Positions 48,923 through 63,494 of a stretch of 64,000 nt of DNA are shown in pieces. The notes below the pieces were generated by a model. It saw nothing but the letters and a program-made list of their open reading frames with translations, was not told where the DNA came from and ran no database searches. A program made the position numbers and the translations under genes. Every line of letters begins with the position of its first letter. The first letter of the stretch is position 1. The DNA comes from Chiloscyllium plagiosum (lineage: Eukaryota), in assembly GCF_004010195.1 (NCBI RefSeq), contig NC_057728.1, forward strand, positions 54,211,607 through 54,275,606, in the 5' to 3' direction.

Positions 48923-51259
48923 GTACGTTTATTTTCAGGAACAGATAGGTGAGTGAAAATGTTATCTGTATACAAGTATCTGATCATAATGTTGGCTTGA
49001 TATTTGTACTTATTTTTGAATCATAATTAAATTGTGACTTGAGTCTGGACTGCATAAATTTGATAGAGTGGCAGAATTTTTAAGTTTCATTCATTTTATT
49101 TTGCTTTATCAAGTTAGATAAAATCTTAAATACCTGCTAAGTTTGCTGAATTCAGTCAGAGGTGCAATAGAAATTAAGCATGTAATATACTGTGCCTAAA
49201 GTTGTTGAATTCATAGATTGAGATTTGTTTTCCACTGGGACATTTTTACTGTGTTCTAAGCAATAACTCACTTCTGGTACAAAAATTATGCAGACGTCGT
49301 TAACTTATTCAAAAGGTTTGATTCCTAATATGCATTTTCCCAATACCCAATGTCACTGTTTGTTGTACCATTTTCCTTTTTGAAGAAAACAATAACCAAA
49401 AATCCTCCAGTGGCATGAAGCAAAATACGACACAAGTGCTCCCATTTTTCATAAAAAGGATGCAGCTAAAAAGAGGCTTAATCATAAAACAAAGGAGTAC
49501 TATAAACATGAAAAATTATTTCTAGCATTCACTTCGCTTTAGTCCTTATGTTCCTCATGAGTCACAGAAATCTTCAGATACAATAACATATTACTTTTCC
49601 CACGATGTCTGAGTGCAGATATAGTTGCTTGTGCAATTTTTCTTCCTCCCAGACGTATGCTTTTTTGACTTGAGGTCCTTTCCATTGAGGCTTTGAAGTT
49701 TTCCCTTCCTTCAGCTTGTGAATCTGGAATATTCGCACGACCAGACAGAGTTCATCCCATTTTCCCTTCTTCACAAAATGGGACAAAAGTTCAAGGAAAC
49801 AAGATAGAATTAAGCTTCAGTTTCTCCTGATGTGTCATTCTGTTTGGTTTAATTGAAATCAAAGAATAAAGTCAGCTGGTTACATGTGACCATGCTGTAC
49901 AATGAAGATATTGAGAGTTAATTAAGATGATCCAATGCTAAAATGCGATTTGAAACGGCAAGTTATTTTGTGGTTTGCATCAACTGAAAAGTTTATGCTG
50001 AATTAAATGCAGCTTGCTATTCTTCAGTGTAATTAAAATGTTATTTTTACAATATTGTCCTTTGTATGTTAATACTACAGCTGTGTTTGAGTGTTTTTTT
50101 TTTGCACCAACCAACATCCCTCTGAGCTCTGTGTGCATTGAAATAAACATTGACTTAACCAATTTAGAGACTTGGATTTGCAGTAGTGATGATAGTTAAA
50201 CTGTCAATGTTCCCCGCTGAATTTGATACTGCCTGTTACACCCTGCAGTATTAAATGATATCCCAGATGTTATTTCAGTCATCTGAACAATCTCAAGGCA
50301 AAGGGCCAATACCACCTCCCAGAAACACCTGCCAAATATGCAGTCAATATGAGCATATCAACATGCAATGACTCTCAGAACCTGTGACCAGTGACATGGA
50401 ATTTCCTAGCAGAACAATTATACTCTTTAGCGAGTGTTTGCTGACATCATCTCTTCTCTAGAGCTTTGTAGTGAAGAAGGTCACTGAGCTTGAAATGTTA
50501 GCTCCGCTTTCTCTCTACAGATGATACTATACCAGCTGAGTTTTTGTTTGAGTAAACAAGCGACAACCTGTTCTGTAATAATTTCAACTGGGGCTACTAG
50601 AGTTCATCCAGATAATTTTGATCAAGTTATGCTCATTAGAGCTCTGCCTCAAGACTGTCAGTGTCCTTTCCTCTGAGTCAGAGATTTTATTTGAGTCCCA
50701 GAAGTTGTTGGTGATGGAAGTGCATTCATAGCAGTCGAACAGTTTTGAATATCAACTTATTCAACATACACCAGAGGCAGGCTGTAAGAACAGGAGATAT
50801 TCTTGCCCAGCCATATGATAGACTGAAATTGGAGCCTTTGCCATCATGATCTATAGCTCCAGTCTACAAAAGAATGTAAAGGTTTATGCTGTCACAGCAG
50901 CTTTGATGTATTGGGTGGCTGGTTGACTCAGTGACTAGCATGGATCAGATTGATACCAGCAAAGCAAGGTTTAATCTATGTTCAGGTTGGGAGTGGATTC
51001 ACTATCTGCTTCCTTGGCCATGCTGGTAATTGAATGTTGTGTTACTGTGTGTTGAATTTGTCTTCAGGCACAGAATACAAGACTGTTCATTGTGCAGAAG
51101 TCACTCTAGCTGAACTATCACAGAGGATTAACTTATTTGACAAATTTGAAATACTACCTTTTTAAGAATGAATTCTGAATCACATTTGGGACATGCCTAT
51201 ACAGATTTGAACATTGTCCTGCATTTTGTATTACAGTGCATTATACTTTATTTTTATTA

Positions 51260-51705
51260 GGTTCACTAGATTGATTCTGGAGTTGAGGGGGTTGGCTTAT
51301 GAGTCGAGACTGAGTAGACTGGGGTTATATTCATTAGAATTCAGAAGACTGAGGGGTATCTTAAAGAAACATGTAAAATTATGAAGGGAATAGATAAGAT
51401 AAAAGCAGAGAGGATGTTTCCAATGGCAGGTGAAACCGATAGCCTCAAGATTAGGGGGAGCAGATTTAAGACTGAATTGACAAGGAACTACTACTTCAAT
51501 CTACGGAATTGTTTGCCTAGGAAAGTAGTTGACCCCACTTCAGTAAACGTTTTTAAAGCTAAGATGGAATTTTTTTTTAATCAATAAAGGAATTAAGGAG
51601 TACGGTGAAAGTGCGGGTAAGTGGATCTGAATCTATGATCTTATTGAATGGCAGATCAGGCTCGAAGGGCCAAACGGCCTGCTCCTGCTCCTAGTTCTTG
51701 TATTC
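51260..51705 (+). mobile_element. CR1 (family 2) 3' fragment
   Basis: Similar to 38340-38789. Confidence 0.8.
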
Positions 51706-51908
51706 TCACTCTTAATCAGAATTTGACTAGTTTGAACTATACATTGTGATTTTATTCATTAGTTCAGTATTTGCACCCAGGTTAAGGATTGCAGTTTAAC
51801 ATTCATGCAAGGCCTCTGTTTTTAATGGTGCTTAAATTTGCAAGATATTTGCATTTTATGAGAGATATCTTTACTATTTTAAATATTTTTCTGGCACTCA
51901 ATCATTAG

Positions 51909-52016
51909 GTTCTCTCCAGATGGAAGACTTGTAGTCTCCTGTAGTGACGACAGAACTGTTAAAATCTGGGACACAGTGAGCAGAGAATGTATCAATACTT
52001 TCACTGATTACAGAGG
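51909..52016 (+). CDS. POC1B: POC1B exon 5 ([35 protein letters not shown])
   Basis: cattag| acceptor, |gtaagt donor, 108 nt, WD40. Confidence 0.95.
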
Positions 52017-52407
52017 GTAAGTTCATATTTCTTCTTTACAAAATGCATTAATCTTTCAACCTCCAGTTCATTAAATCACACCGTAAAATAATCTAAATGA
52101 TTTTGTTGATATTCTAATCATTCTCTGATGTAAGCTCATTAGGCAAATCTGGATATTAGAGCTACATATGACCTGCTGTGGTCATTCAGCGTGTAGTTAG
52201 AATAGCTTGTAAATTTTCGACTTCAGGTGTCACATTTGATTTTCTTTTGGTAGAATGCTTTGCTTCTGTAGCAAAACTGTGGCAGACACTCTATAGGCAC
52301 AAGATTTAGCTATCCAAATACCTGAAATGATTCCGTCACTGTTTTTGCTGTAAGCCACAATGGTCTTGTAATTTATACTGAAAAATATGATGTTTATTAT
52401 AATCCAG

Positions 52408-52523
52408 ATTTGCCAACTTTGTGGATTTTAATCCCAGTGGTACCTGTATTGCCTCAGCAGGAACTGACAATACTGTGAAGCTTTGGGATATTCGTATAAA
52501 CAAACTGCTACAACATTACCAAG
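52408..52523 (+). CDS. POC1B: POC1B exon 6 ([38 protein letters not shown])
   Basis: tccag| acceptor, |gtaact donor, 116 nt. [11 protein letters not shown] and NKLLQHYQ are POC1B-type rather than POC1A-type. Confidence 0.95.
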
Positions 52524-52764
52524 GTAACTAATGAGAACTGAGTTAATACTGACATGTTTATATTAAACAACTGGTAAATTATTTATGTTTGTGAGAAGAT
52601 AGTTCACCATCTCAACAAACTTCAATCTTGCATGTTTGTAGCATTTTTGAACAAATTTTATAAATGTCTAGGGACCAAAAAAAATTATCAATGTTACGAA
52701 TGATAAATGTTAATGGATCTGTGCTTAACACAATAGACCATATTTTATATTCCTATTGCTTAGA

Positions 52765-54000
52765 CCATAAGCCATAGGAACAGAAATTAGGCATTTTGGC
52801 CCATTGAGCCTGCACTGTCATTCAATCATGGCTGATAATTTTCTCAACCCCATTCTGTCACTTTCTCCCCATAATCCTGATCCCCTTGATACTCAGGAGT
52901 CTATCTATCTCAGTCTTAAATATCCTCAATGACCTGGCCTCCATAGCCTTCTGTGGCAATGAATTCTGGCTGAAGAAGTTTCTCCTTATCTTCGTTCTAA
53001 AAGGTCTTTACTCCAAGGCTGTGCCCTTGTCTCTCCTACCAATGGAAACATCTGCCCAACATCTACTCTGTCTGGGCTATTCAGTACTCTGTATGTTTCA
53101 ATTAGATCCCCCCCTCAACCTTCTCAACTCCATTAAGTATAGACCCAGAGTCTTCAAACGTTCCTCCTATGTTAAGGTTTTCATTCCTGGAACCATTCTT
53201 GTGAACCTCCTGAACATGCTCCAGGGTCAGTACATCCTTCCTGAGATAATGATCCCCAAAATTGCGCACAAAATCCAAACATGTCAGAGCTTTATAGAGC
53301 CTCAGAAGTACATCCCTGCTTTTATATTCAAGGCCATTCAAAATAAATGCCATCATTGCATTTGCCTTCCAAAGTCAACCTACAAGTTTACTTTGAGAAA
53401 ATTCTGGACTAGAACTCCCAAATCTTTCTGCATTTCAGGCTTCTGAATTTTCTCCCCATTTAGAAAATAGTCTGTGCCTCTATTCTTCCTACCAAAGTGC
53501 ATGACCACGTTGTATTCCATCTGTCACTTCTTTGCCCACTCTCATAACCTATCGTAATCCTTCTGCAGCCTCCCCGCCACCTCAATGCTACCTGTCCCTC
53601 TACCTATCTTTGTAGCTTCTGTGGACTTAGCCAGAATACCCTCAGTTCCTTCAGGTAGATCATTAATGTATAAAGTGAAAAGCTGTGATCCCAACACTGA
53701 GCCTTGTGGAACCCCACTTATTACTGACTGCCATCTTGAGAAGGACACTTTTATCCCCATTCTCTGCTTTTTGCCAGATGGCCAAGCTTCTATCCATGCT
53801 AGCACCTTGTCTGTCACACCATAGGCCCTTATCTTACTCATAGCCTCCTGTATGGCGCCTTGTCAAAAGGCTTCTTGAAGTCCAGGTAGATAACATCCAT
53901 TGGCTCTCCTTGGTCTAACCAGTTCATTACTACTTCAAAGAATTCTAGCAGATTTGTCAGGCATGATCTTCCCTTGATGAGACCATGCTGACTTTACCCT
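52765..54000 (-). mobile_element. CR1 (family 2) RT fragment
   Basis: Remnant peptides [28 protein letters not shown]. Confidence 0.88.
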
Positions 54001-55029
54001 TATTCTCAGCACTGTTGTTCCTCATGTAATCTAGATAGATTTTCTTGTATCGCATAGTTTTTGAGTCGCAAATGTTTTTGAGGTCTACATGTTAAGCTAT
54101 TTTAGTTACAGAATATGATGCATTAAGGAAAATGGTCATGTTTGAGATCAAATGTTTATCCTGTTTGCCTTTGTATGAAGCTTGACTTACTTTCTTTCTA
54201 ATATTTAGTTTGTGGCCTTTTTCATTAATTTACTCCTCCTCTATTCTAAATTTGCATGTCATTCCCTCTCTTACTGACCTTTGCATTCAATTTCCATAAT
54301 TTAATCAATGATTTCCTATTTTGCAAGATGTATACAAGATTTTACAGCAAGTTCTAAAGCTAGATTGAAAAGTTGAATTTTTTTTTATTCATTCGTGGGC
54401 ATTGCTGGCTGACCAGCATTCACTGCCTGTCCCTAGCTGCCATTGAACTGAGAGGCTTGTTCGGCCATTTCAGAGAGCAATTAAGAGTCGACCACATTGC
54501 TGTGGATCTGGAGTCATGTGAGGGCCAGACCAGGTGAGGATGGCAGATTTCCTTCACTAAAGAACGTTAGTAAGCCAAATGAGTTTTCCTTGACAATCAA
54601 CCGTAGTTTCATGGTCATCAGTTGATTCTTAATTCCAGGTTTTTTTTTTAATAGTCAAATAATTTACATATTTTAAAAAGAAAATAAAATGAGCTTTAAA
54701 ATGGCAGAGGTGAACCAAAGCTCCCCAACCCCCAAAACCTCTTCGAGGTTGACATTTGTGACTTTTGACCACTTCTACATCTATTGATTTCAAAGTGTGA
54801 TGCAAAGCTCAAATTGTCTATGTGATTAAAAAAATCAACCTGACTTAAACAGGATAGCTAATGAAGTTTGTCAAGTATTATTAACTCTCATGTAGAGAAG
54901 GTGTGTGTGTCAGTATCACTATTACCACAAAACATATCTTCATCAAGACAAAAGTAAGATAACATTTTTTATAATTAAAGTGCTTCTCTTGGGCCAAAGA
55001 GCTGTTAAGATATAGGGGCAGACATGTGA

Positions 55030-56900
55030 CATTGGTAAATTGAGCAACTTTACCATTCTACAAGATCATGACTGATGTAATTGAAGCTTTAACTCCACTT
55101 TTCTGACCTCATAGCCCTGGACTGTCTTGTCTATCATAAATCTATCTCTGCCTTGCCTGTACTCATTAATCTAACCTGCCATTGCTCCCTGGGGAAAAGA
55201 ATTCCAGAAACTAACAATCCTCTTGAAAGAAGAGATTGCTCCCAGTCTATCTTAAATTGGAATCTCTTATTTTGAAACCTTTTTGATTTTTACTTTTCCC
55301 CTAGTTTTAGATTCTCCTATGAGAGGAAACATTTTCTCAACATCTTCCCTGTCAAGTTCACTTGGATCTTGTGTTTCAGTAAGGTCCCCTCTTGATCTTC
55401 TAAATTGCGACTAATCTAGGCCAATTCTGGTCAACTTCTTCTCAAAACACCTAGGAGCAGAAGTAAGCCCATTGAGTCACATTTGTCATTCAATGATAAC
55501 ATTGGCTGGTCTGAATCCTCAACTCTACATTCTTGCTTTTTCCCCAAGCCCCTTCATTGCCTTGTTGATGAAAAATCTTGTTTATCTCAACCATTAATGT
55601 ACTTAACAACCCAGTTATGACAGCCCTCTACAATAAAACAAAAAAGCCCTCTGATTCACTGCCCTCTGATAGAATAAATTCCACCACATCTAACTGGGTG
55701 GCTTCTTACTCTGAGATTCTCCCCTGTCTGCATTTACCTTGTAAACCCTGTAAGAATCTTGATATGTTTCATTAAGGTCTCCTCTCATTATTCTAAACTC
55801 CAGGGAGTATAAGCCCAACCTACCCAACTTCCCATTAAAAAAGCCCTCTATGCCCAGAATTAATCTAGTGAGCCCTCTCTAGACTGCTTCCAATGCCAGT
55901 ATTTCTTTCCTTAGACAGGAGGACTAAAATTACTTGCAGTGTTCCAGGTAAGGTCTGACTAGCACGTTGTAAAGTTTTAGCAAAAAGTCCCTATTTTTAT
56001 ATTTTGCTTCCATTGAAATAAAGGCCAACATTCTGTTGCCTTCTGCATTACTAGCTGAACTTGTATGATAGTATTTTTTGATTCGTAATCCATCGGTTAC
56101 AGCTTTTTGCAGTCTTTTCCCATTTAACTAATATTCAGCTCTTTTTTTTAATATATTGTTCCTGCTAAAGTGAGTAAGTTCATGTTTTCCATATTATTCC
56201 AGCCTCAGGTGACTGTGGAAACTCCATACAGACATTCTCCTTGTCTGCATGAGTTTCCTCCAGGTGCTCCGATTTCCTCCCACAGTCCAGGGATGTGCAG
56301 GTGAGGTGGATTGACCATGCCTAATTGCCCACAGTGTCCAGGGATGTGCAGGCTAGGTGGATTAGCTATGGGAAGTGCAGGATCGGGGGATAGGGTGGCA
56401 GGTGAAGTGGAATGCAATGAAATAGGTTGGGTGGGATGGGTCTGGGTGGGTTGCTTCTAAGGGTCTGTGTGGACTAGATGGGGCTAAATGGCTTGTTTCC
56501 ACAAGATAGGGATTCTATGATTTGCCAAATATTAACCCATTCACCACTCCTTATCCCCTTACAGACTCTGTTATCCTAGCTATTTACTTCCTACCTATTT
56601 TTGTCATCTTCAAATTTCATGATAGTACATTCATTTCCATCGTCCAGTTCATTAATATATACTGTAAATAATTGTGATTCCAGCAATATTTACTGTCACT
56701 CTATTAATTACAGATGACCAGCCTGAAATGGTCCAAACTTTTTGTTCTTTAGCTCTATCCATGCTTCTCGTGCTCTGAATGCAACGCTAGTATCTTAAGT
56801 AATCTTACATGTCTTATCTTATTGGAAGCCTTTTGAAAATCCTAAAGCAACCTTCTTATCCCAGATAGCAGCCTAATGAGCCTTCTCTGAACTGTTTCAT
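55030..56900 (-). mobile_element. Cluster of old CR1 family-2 fragments
   Basis: Repeated reverse-strand tails (agatcatg.ctga...aactc.ac) and decayed RT text. Confidence 0.55.
56200..56520 (+). mobile_element. HE1-type SINE, 5'-truncated, with internal duplication and micro-inversion
   Basis: V-domain tttcctcc.ggtgctcc..tttcctcccacagtcca. Confidence 0.75.
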
Positions 56901-56929
56901 ATATATATTCCTTCTTAAGTAAGGAAACA

Positions 56930-58600
56930 AAGAGCAAAGAAAATTTACAGCACAGGAACAGGCCCTTCAGCACTCCCAGCCTGAGCCGATCCAAATCCAC
57001 TGTCTAAACCTGTCGCCCAATTCCTAAGCATCTGTATCCCTCTGTTCCCCACCCAATCGTGCATCTGTCCAGTTGCACCTTAAAAGAATCTACCGTGCCA
57101 GCCTTTACTACCTCTGCTGGCAACGCGTTTCAGGCACCTACCACCCTCTGTTTGTAAAGTACTTTCTGCATGTATCCCCCTTAAACTTTCCACCTCTCAC
57201 CTTGAATGCGTGACCTCATATTATTGAATCCCTCACCCTGGGAAAAAGCTCATCTTTATCCACTTTGTGTATACCCTTCGTGATTTTGTAGATCTCAATC
57301 AGATCTCTCCTCAATCTCCTTTTTTCTAATTAAAACAATCTGAACCTACTCAACCTCTCTCTACTTACCTAGCACCTTCCATACCAGGTAACATCCTCGT
57401 ATACCTTCTCTGCACCCTTTTCAAAGCGTCCGCATCTTTTTAGTAATGTATTGACCAGAACTGTACACAGGGCAGCACGGTGGCTCAGTGGTTAGCAATG
57501 CTGCCTCAGCACCAGGGTCCCAGGTTTGATTCTAGCCTCGGGCGACTGTGTGGAGTTTGCACATACTCCCTGTGTCTTCGTCGGTTTCCTCCGGGTGCTC
57601 CAGTTTCCTCCCACAGTCCAAAGATGTGCAGGTTAGGTGAATTGGCCATGCTAAATTGCCCATAGTGTTATGTGCATTTAGTCAGAGGGAAATGAGTCTG
57701 GGTGGGTTACTCTTCAGAGGGTTGGTGTGGACTGGTTGGGCCGATGGGCTTGTTTCCATACTTTGGGGAATCTAATCTCTAATCTATTCTAAATGCGGCT
57801 GAACCAAAATCTTGTACAATTTTAACATGACCTGCCAGCTCTTGTATACTCACTACACCATCCGCTAAAGGCAAGCACACCATATGTCTTCTTGACCACT
57901 CTATCCACCTGTGTAGCCACATTCAGGGTACAATGGACCTGAACTCCCAGATCTGTCTGCTCATCAACTTTTCCCAAGGCTCTTCCTTTTAGAGTATAGT
58001 TCACTCTAGAATTAGACTTCCCAAAATGTATCGCCTCACATTTGCCTGGATTGAACTCCATCTGCCACTTCTCTACCCAACTCTCCAGTCTATCGATAAT
58101 CTCCTGAACTCTTTGACAGTCCCTTATGCTTTCTGCTACTCCACCAATCTTCATGTCATCTGCAAACTTACTGATTAGATCAAAAATGTCCTCCTCCAGA
58201 TCATTTATGTATATCACAAACAATAGTGGCCCCAGCATTGATCCCTGTGAAACACCATCGGTCACCTTTCTCCATTTCAACTACTACTCTCTGTCTCCTG
58301 TAGCTCAACCAGTTCTTTATCCACCTAACTAGAACACCCTGCACACTATGTGACTTCACTTTCTCCATTAGTTTACCATGGAGAACCTTATCAAGTGCCT
58401 TACATCTACAACCCTTCCTTCATCTATCAACTTGGTCACTTCCTCAGAGTTCTAAGTTGGTGAAGGCGCAATCTCCCCTGCACAAAACCATGTTGCCTAT
58501 CACTGATAAACCCATTATTTTCCAAATATAAATAGATTTTATCCCTCAAACTTCTTCAGCAACTTTCCCACCACTGACGTCAGGCTGAATGGTCTGTCGG
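56930..58600 (-). mobile_element. CR1 RT fragment with nested SINE
   Basis: [17 protein letters not shown] and SKFADDMK in ORF 57822-58280. Confidence 0.88.
57470..57784 (+). mobile_element. HE1-type V-SINE
   Basis: gggcagcacggtggctcagtggttagc head, V-domain and (ctaat)n tail. Confidence 0.88.
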
Positions 58601-59239
58601 AAACCTTAACTTTATACTGCCTCTAAGTGCAGCCTCACCAATATGTAGTCCAGGTGTAATAAAACTTCGCTATTTTTAATGCTATATCCCTTTGCACTAA
58701 AGGCCAGCATTCAACTAGCATCTCTAAATACTTGCTGTATCTGCATACTAATTTTTAAATTGATTTCTGTAAAAGGAGATCCAAGTTCTTAATAGATTTT
58801 TAAAATTGTTTCAAATGTTATGGGTGTTGCTGCCTAATCGCCCTCGAACTGAGGCATTCTAGGCCATTTCAGAAGGCAGTAAATAATAGTCCCATTGTTG
58901 TTGATCTGCAGTCACATGAAAGAATGGCAGATATCCTTCTTTAAAGAACATTAGTGAACCAGATGAGTTCTATAGCAATTGTGGGTATTGTTACTGAGAC
59001 TAGCTTTATATTCCAAATTTATTCATTGAATTTAAATTCAACCAGTTGTCGTGATGGAATTTGAATCATTGTCTCCAGCATCTGAACCTCTGGATTAATA
59101 GTATAAGAAACATGTTTTTTTTAAATTTTATTTTGTGTTTTAAAATCTATGGACTGAAATGAGAAAAAGCTGTTTTTAAAAAGTAGTTTAGAGTTTTGGA
59201 AGCAATTTGGAACTGCGAGATTGTTCGGATGCTTGGATA

Positions 59240-59360
59240 GGGCGGCACGGTGGCTCAGTGTTTAGCACTGCAGCCTCACAGCGCCAGGGACCCAGGTTCG
59301 ATTCCACTCTCAGGTGACTGTGCAAACTCCACACAGACATTCTCCTCGTGTTTGCAGAGG
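59240..59360 (+). mobile_element. HE1-type SINE 5' half with micro-inversion
   Basis: tRNA-like head with A and B boxes. Confidence 0.8.
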
Positions 59361-60260
59361 TGTACAGACTACCTTGTTCAGGGTCTTGTGACACAGTGAT
59401 AGTGTCAGTACTCTGAGCCAGAAAGCCCAGATTCAAGTCCATTTGCTCCAGCAATGTCATTAACCGATTTGATTAAAAATATCTACCAGTTATCTTGCAT
59501 CTCTTACCAGCCAGTAGAAGCAACCAGAGAAAGACAACCAAAGCAAAGAACTGGCCAGCAAAAGAATCATGATGATCATCTCAAACACTGAACCAGGAGC
59601 AAAGACTGCTGAACTGTCTTACCACTTTTTTCCCCCACGGCCATATCTGTTTGTTTTTATCCTGTCTGCTTGTGAGAGTGTAAGGGGATGCTTATAACGA
59701 TATTAGATTTTTAAAATTTAAATTACATGCCAACGGTTTAAACTGTTCACGTGGCTACAGTGTAATTACCTGTATGAAATTATAATTTTTGTTACATACA
59801 GAAACTTTGTCTCTGCTTTCTGTTAATCCAGGGTCTGAAAATCAGGTAAATTGGGAACTTTGCATACTTCATAAAACCTTTAACTTTTGTGACAACTCTG
59901 GGAATGCCGGTGTTTGATTTCCAGCATGCTCCCCCAATGAGTCGTAATACTACTCCAGTGGTACTGGTACTGTCAAAGTAGACAACTTCACATTTTGCCA
60001 TAGTTTACTCTCTCTACCATATTTTTCCCCAATCTCATCACTTTTGTGTATCTCTTCAGATGCTCTTTATATCTTTCTCACAACTTGCTTTCTTATGTTT
60101 CTGTTTTATCATCCGGTTTGGTTAGAATGCTGTCAATCATCCAAGACATTAGTATATATCATAAATATTTAAGATCCTGTAGCATTCCACTTAGTTTCTC
60201 AATCTGAAAAGGTCCTATTTATTCTGAGTCTTTGTCTCTGTTAACTAGCCCTCTACCCCT

Positions 60261-60720
60261 GGAATGCTAGGTCTAACATATGAGGAACGGCTGAGGATCC
60301 TGGGATTGTATTCATTGGAGTTTAGAAGATTAAGGGGAGATCTAATAGAAACTTACAAGATAATACATGGCTTGGAGAGGGTGGACGCTAGGAAATTGCT
60401 TCCGTTAGGCGAAGAGGCTAGGACCCGTGGACACAGCCTTAGAATTAGAGGGGGTAAATTCAGAACTGAAATGCGGAGACATTTCTTCAGCCAGAGAGTG
60501 GTGGGCCTGTGGAATTCATTGCCACAGAGTGCAGTGGAGGCTGGGACGCTAAATGTCTTCAAGGCAGAAATTGATAAATTTTTGATGTCACAAGGAATTA
60601 AGGGCTACGGGGAGAATGCGGGTAAGTGGAGTTGAAATGCCCATCAGCCATGATTGAATGGCGGAGTGGACTCGATGGGCCGAATGGCCTTACTTCCGCT
60701 CCTATGTCTTATGGTCTTAT
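60261..60720 (+). mobile_element. Young CR1 3' fragment
   Basis: Open 123-aa RT C-terminus (LYSLEFRRLRGDLIETYKI) and (gtcttatg)n tail. Confidence 0.88.
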
Positions 60721-61470
60721 AATTGTTAAACCACCGCCCAGTTGTGTATCATGAGAGAGCAGCCCTATGGTCCTCTAGGACTATGTTGACTTTGCTTACA
60801 ATTCCTAAGATTCTTAGTGCAGCAGTCTTTAATGTGGCACTTCATTAAATGTGTTTTGCAAATCCAAATACAATGAACTTATAGTTCCCCTTTATCCACT
60901 ATTTGTTACTCAAAGAGCTGTAGTATTTTTGTCACTTTATTGCCAATTCACAAAACTATGTTGATCTGCCCGATTGTATTATGATTTTCTAAATTACCTG
61001 CTACTACTAAATAATGAATTCTGGCATCTTTCCAATGATTTTTAGATAATCTGGTCCATCGTTTCCTACTTCATATATCTCTTTTCTTGAACAGTGTTTT
61101 ACTTTGCATCCTTTGAGACTGTTGGGACCATTCCAGAATCCAAAGAAATTTGCAAGATTATAACCAATATGTCCACTGTCTATAGCCATTCTTAAGGGCC
61201 AAGAGCTCCATTTTCCTTAACAGCTACATTATATGTGGGTGTGTGTTCAGAGTATAAAATGAGGGAATTGTGTAAGAGATGATTGGAGAAGGAAGGATAC
61301 CTGAATAGTGAGGCAGGGAATGAGAAAGTCAAAAGGAAGGAATGAGGGAGAGTAAGGGGGACCTGTGAGCTACTACAATTCATACCTCTGGAGAATAACT
61401 GCAAGGTTGTGTAAAAAAAAAAATCATTGGGATGGCTCTCAAAATTCTGTGTAACTAGTAAAAGTATATA

Positions 61471-61656
61471 CAGGTAGTCCCACGAAACCTTTCATAAGCC
61501 AAAAATGGCCTAAAGCAAAGGTGCATGATTTATATGTGAAAAAGTATCGCTGTGTTTCGTAAAAGCAAAAATCCTCTTCAAAAACAAGTACTAATGTAGG
61601 TCTTTCGTAAAAGCGAAATTGCGTAAAGCGAACATTTGAAAAGCGGGGAATACCTG
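61471..61656. mobile_element. pogo/Tigger-type MITE
   Basis: TA|CAGGTAGTCCC ... GGGAATACCTG|TA: imperfect TIRs with TA target duplication and internal cgtaaaagc repeats. Confidence 0.75.
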
Positions 61657-61827
61657 TACTGCATAATTGTGGGCTATATTTAAAACAGCATTGTGTGAAT
61701 AATACATTTAAAAAAATTGGCTGCTTGCTAAATATTGAGCAATGGCCCAAACTCAATTTAGTATATTGAGGAAATGATAAAGTGTAGGAAATTCCTTTGG
61801 ATTCTAAAGGAATAAAAATCTGCTTTC

Positions 61828-62680
61828 GATCTCATGGAATACAGGGAGAACTAGCCATTTGGATACAGAACTTGCTCAAAGGTACAAGACAGAGGGTGAT
61901 GGTGGAGGGTTGTTTTTCAGACTTGAGGCCTGTGACTAGTGGAGTGCCACAAGGATCGGTGCTGGGTCCTCTACTTTTTGTCATTTACATAAATTGATTT
62001 GGATGTGAGCATAAGAGGTATAGTTAGTAAGTTTGCAGATGACACCAAAATTGGAGGTGTAGTGGACAGCGAAGAGGGTTACCTCAGATTACAACAGGAT
62101 CTGGACCAGATGGGCCAATGGGCTGAGAAGTGGCAGATGGAGTTTAATTNNNNNNNNNNNNNNNNNNNNNNNNNNNNNNNNNNNNNNNNNNNNNNNNNNN
62201 NNNNNNNNNNNNNNNNNNNNNNNNNNNNNNNNNNNNNNNNNNNNNNNNNNNNNNNNNNNNNNNNNNNNNNNNNNNNNNNNNNNNNNNNNNNNNNNNNNNN
62301 NNNNNNAGAGGTTTACAAAATTATGAGGGGCATGGATAGGATAAATAGACAAAGTCTTTTCCCTGGGATCGGGGAGTCCAGAACTAGAGGGCATAGGTTT
62401 AGGGTGAGAGGGGAAAGATATAAAAGAGACCTAAGGAGCAACGTTTTCACGCAGAGGGTGGTACGTGTATGAAATGAGCTGCCAGAGGATGTGGTAGAGG
62501 CTGGTACAATTGCAACATTTAAGAGGCATCTGGATGGGTATATGAATAGGAAGGGTTTGGAGGGATATGGGCTGGGTGCTGACAGGTGGGACTAGATTGG
62601 GTTGGGATATCTAGTCGGCATGGACAGGTTGGACCGAAGGGTCTGTTTCCAAGCTGTACATCTCTATGACTCTCTAACTC
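61828..62680 (+). mobile_element. 5'-truncated CR1 LINE spanning an assembly gap
   Basis: [19 protein letters not shown] and 3' tail. Confidence 0.9.
62150..62306. other. Assembly gap (157 N)
   Basis: Run of N. The homologous interval in the CR1 at 31768-32197 is ~430 nt, so the gap length is probably underestimated. Confidence 0.98.
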
Positions 62681-63494
62681 TAAGTAATGATCTAAGCAAA
62701 AGCAATAAATGAGTCCTCTTGTATTGGTTTATAGTCTTGTAGCAAGTAATTAATAAATCATTAGCTTTCATTTTAAAAATCACAATAACTACACTTGCAT
62801 GGAATTGTAATTATTGGGATAGCATGATTAAATCTATAATGATCATTTAATTTTAACGCATTGCTATTTACAGCATGGTGACATAAGAGCCTTATTGTGT
62901 CCAGGGAGGTGGTGGTATTGAGGTAATATAATTTGATTAATAACAGAGGCCCAGATTAATGCTCTGGGAATATGAATTTAAATCCCAGCACAACAGTTAA
63001 TGAAATTTAAATTCATATCATAAATCTGAAATATAATGCCAGTTTCAGTAATGGTCACCGTAACAACTACCATCGATTCCCATAAAATCCCAATTGGTTC
63101 ACTAATGTGCTTCAGAGGAGGAAATCTGCCGTCCTTACCTGGTTTGGCTTACATGTTTCTCGATTACTATCAGCAATATTGTTGGCTCTTAACTGCTCTG
63201 GTGAAAAGGCCAAGTAAGTCCCTCAGTTCAAAAGCAATTAGCGATGGGCAAATACTGGCCTTGACAATGACTGCCACATTCCATGAAGATTTTTTTAAAA
63301 TGTTCAGTAATTGTGTACCCAGTAAAAAATCTGATCATATGTGTGTATTTAATGTGGCCACCTGCAAAACAGTCTCATCACAGTGCAGCAAGTTAAGTCT
63401 AGGAATTCTAATTGTTCCTTTTTTTAGGAAGCTCATAAATAATTGATTTTGTATAACTCATTAAGTCTGTCTGACCATCCTGCCTTCTAAACAG

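Noticed and set aside
49574..49786. Minus-strand 70-aa ORF with plausible splice-like ends
   Set aside because: No recognisable domain, no partner exons and weak splice sites; it cannot be supported as a gene.
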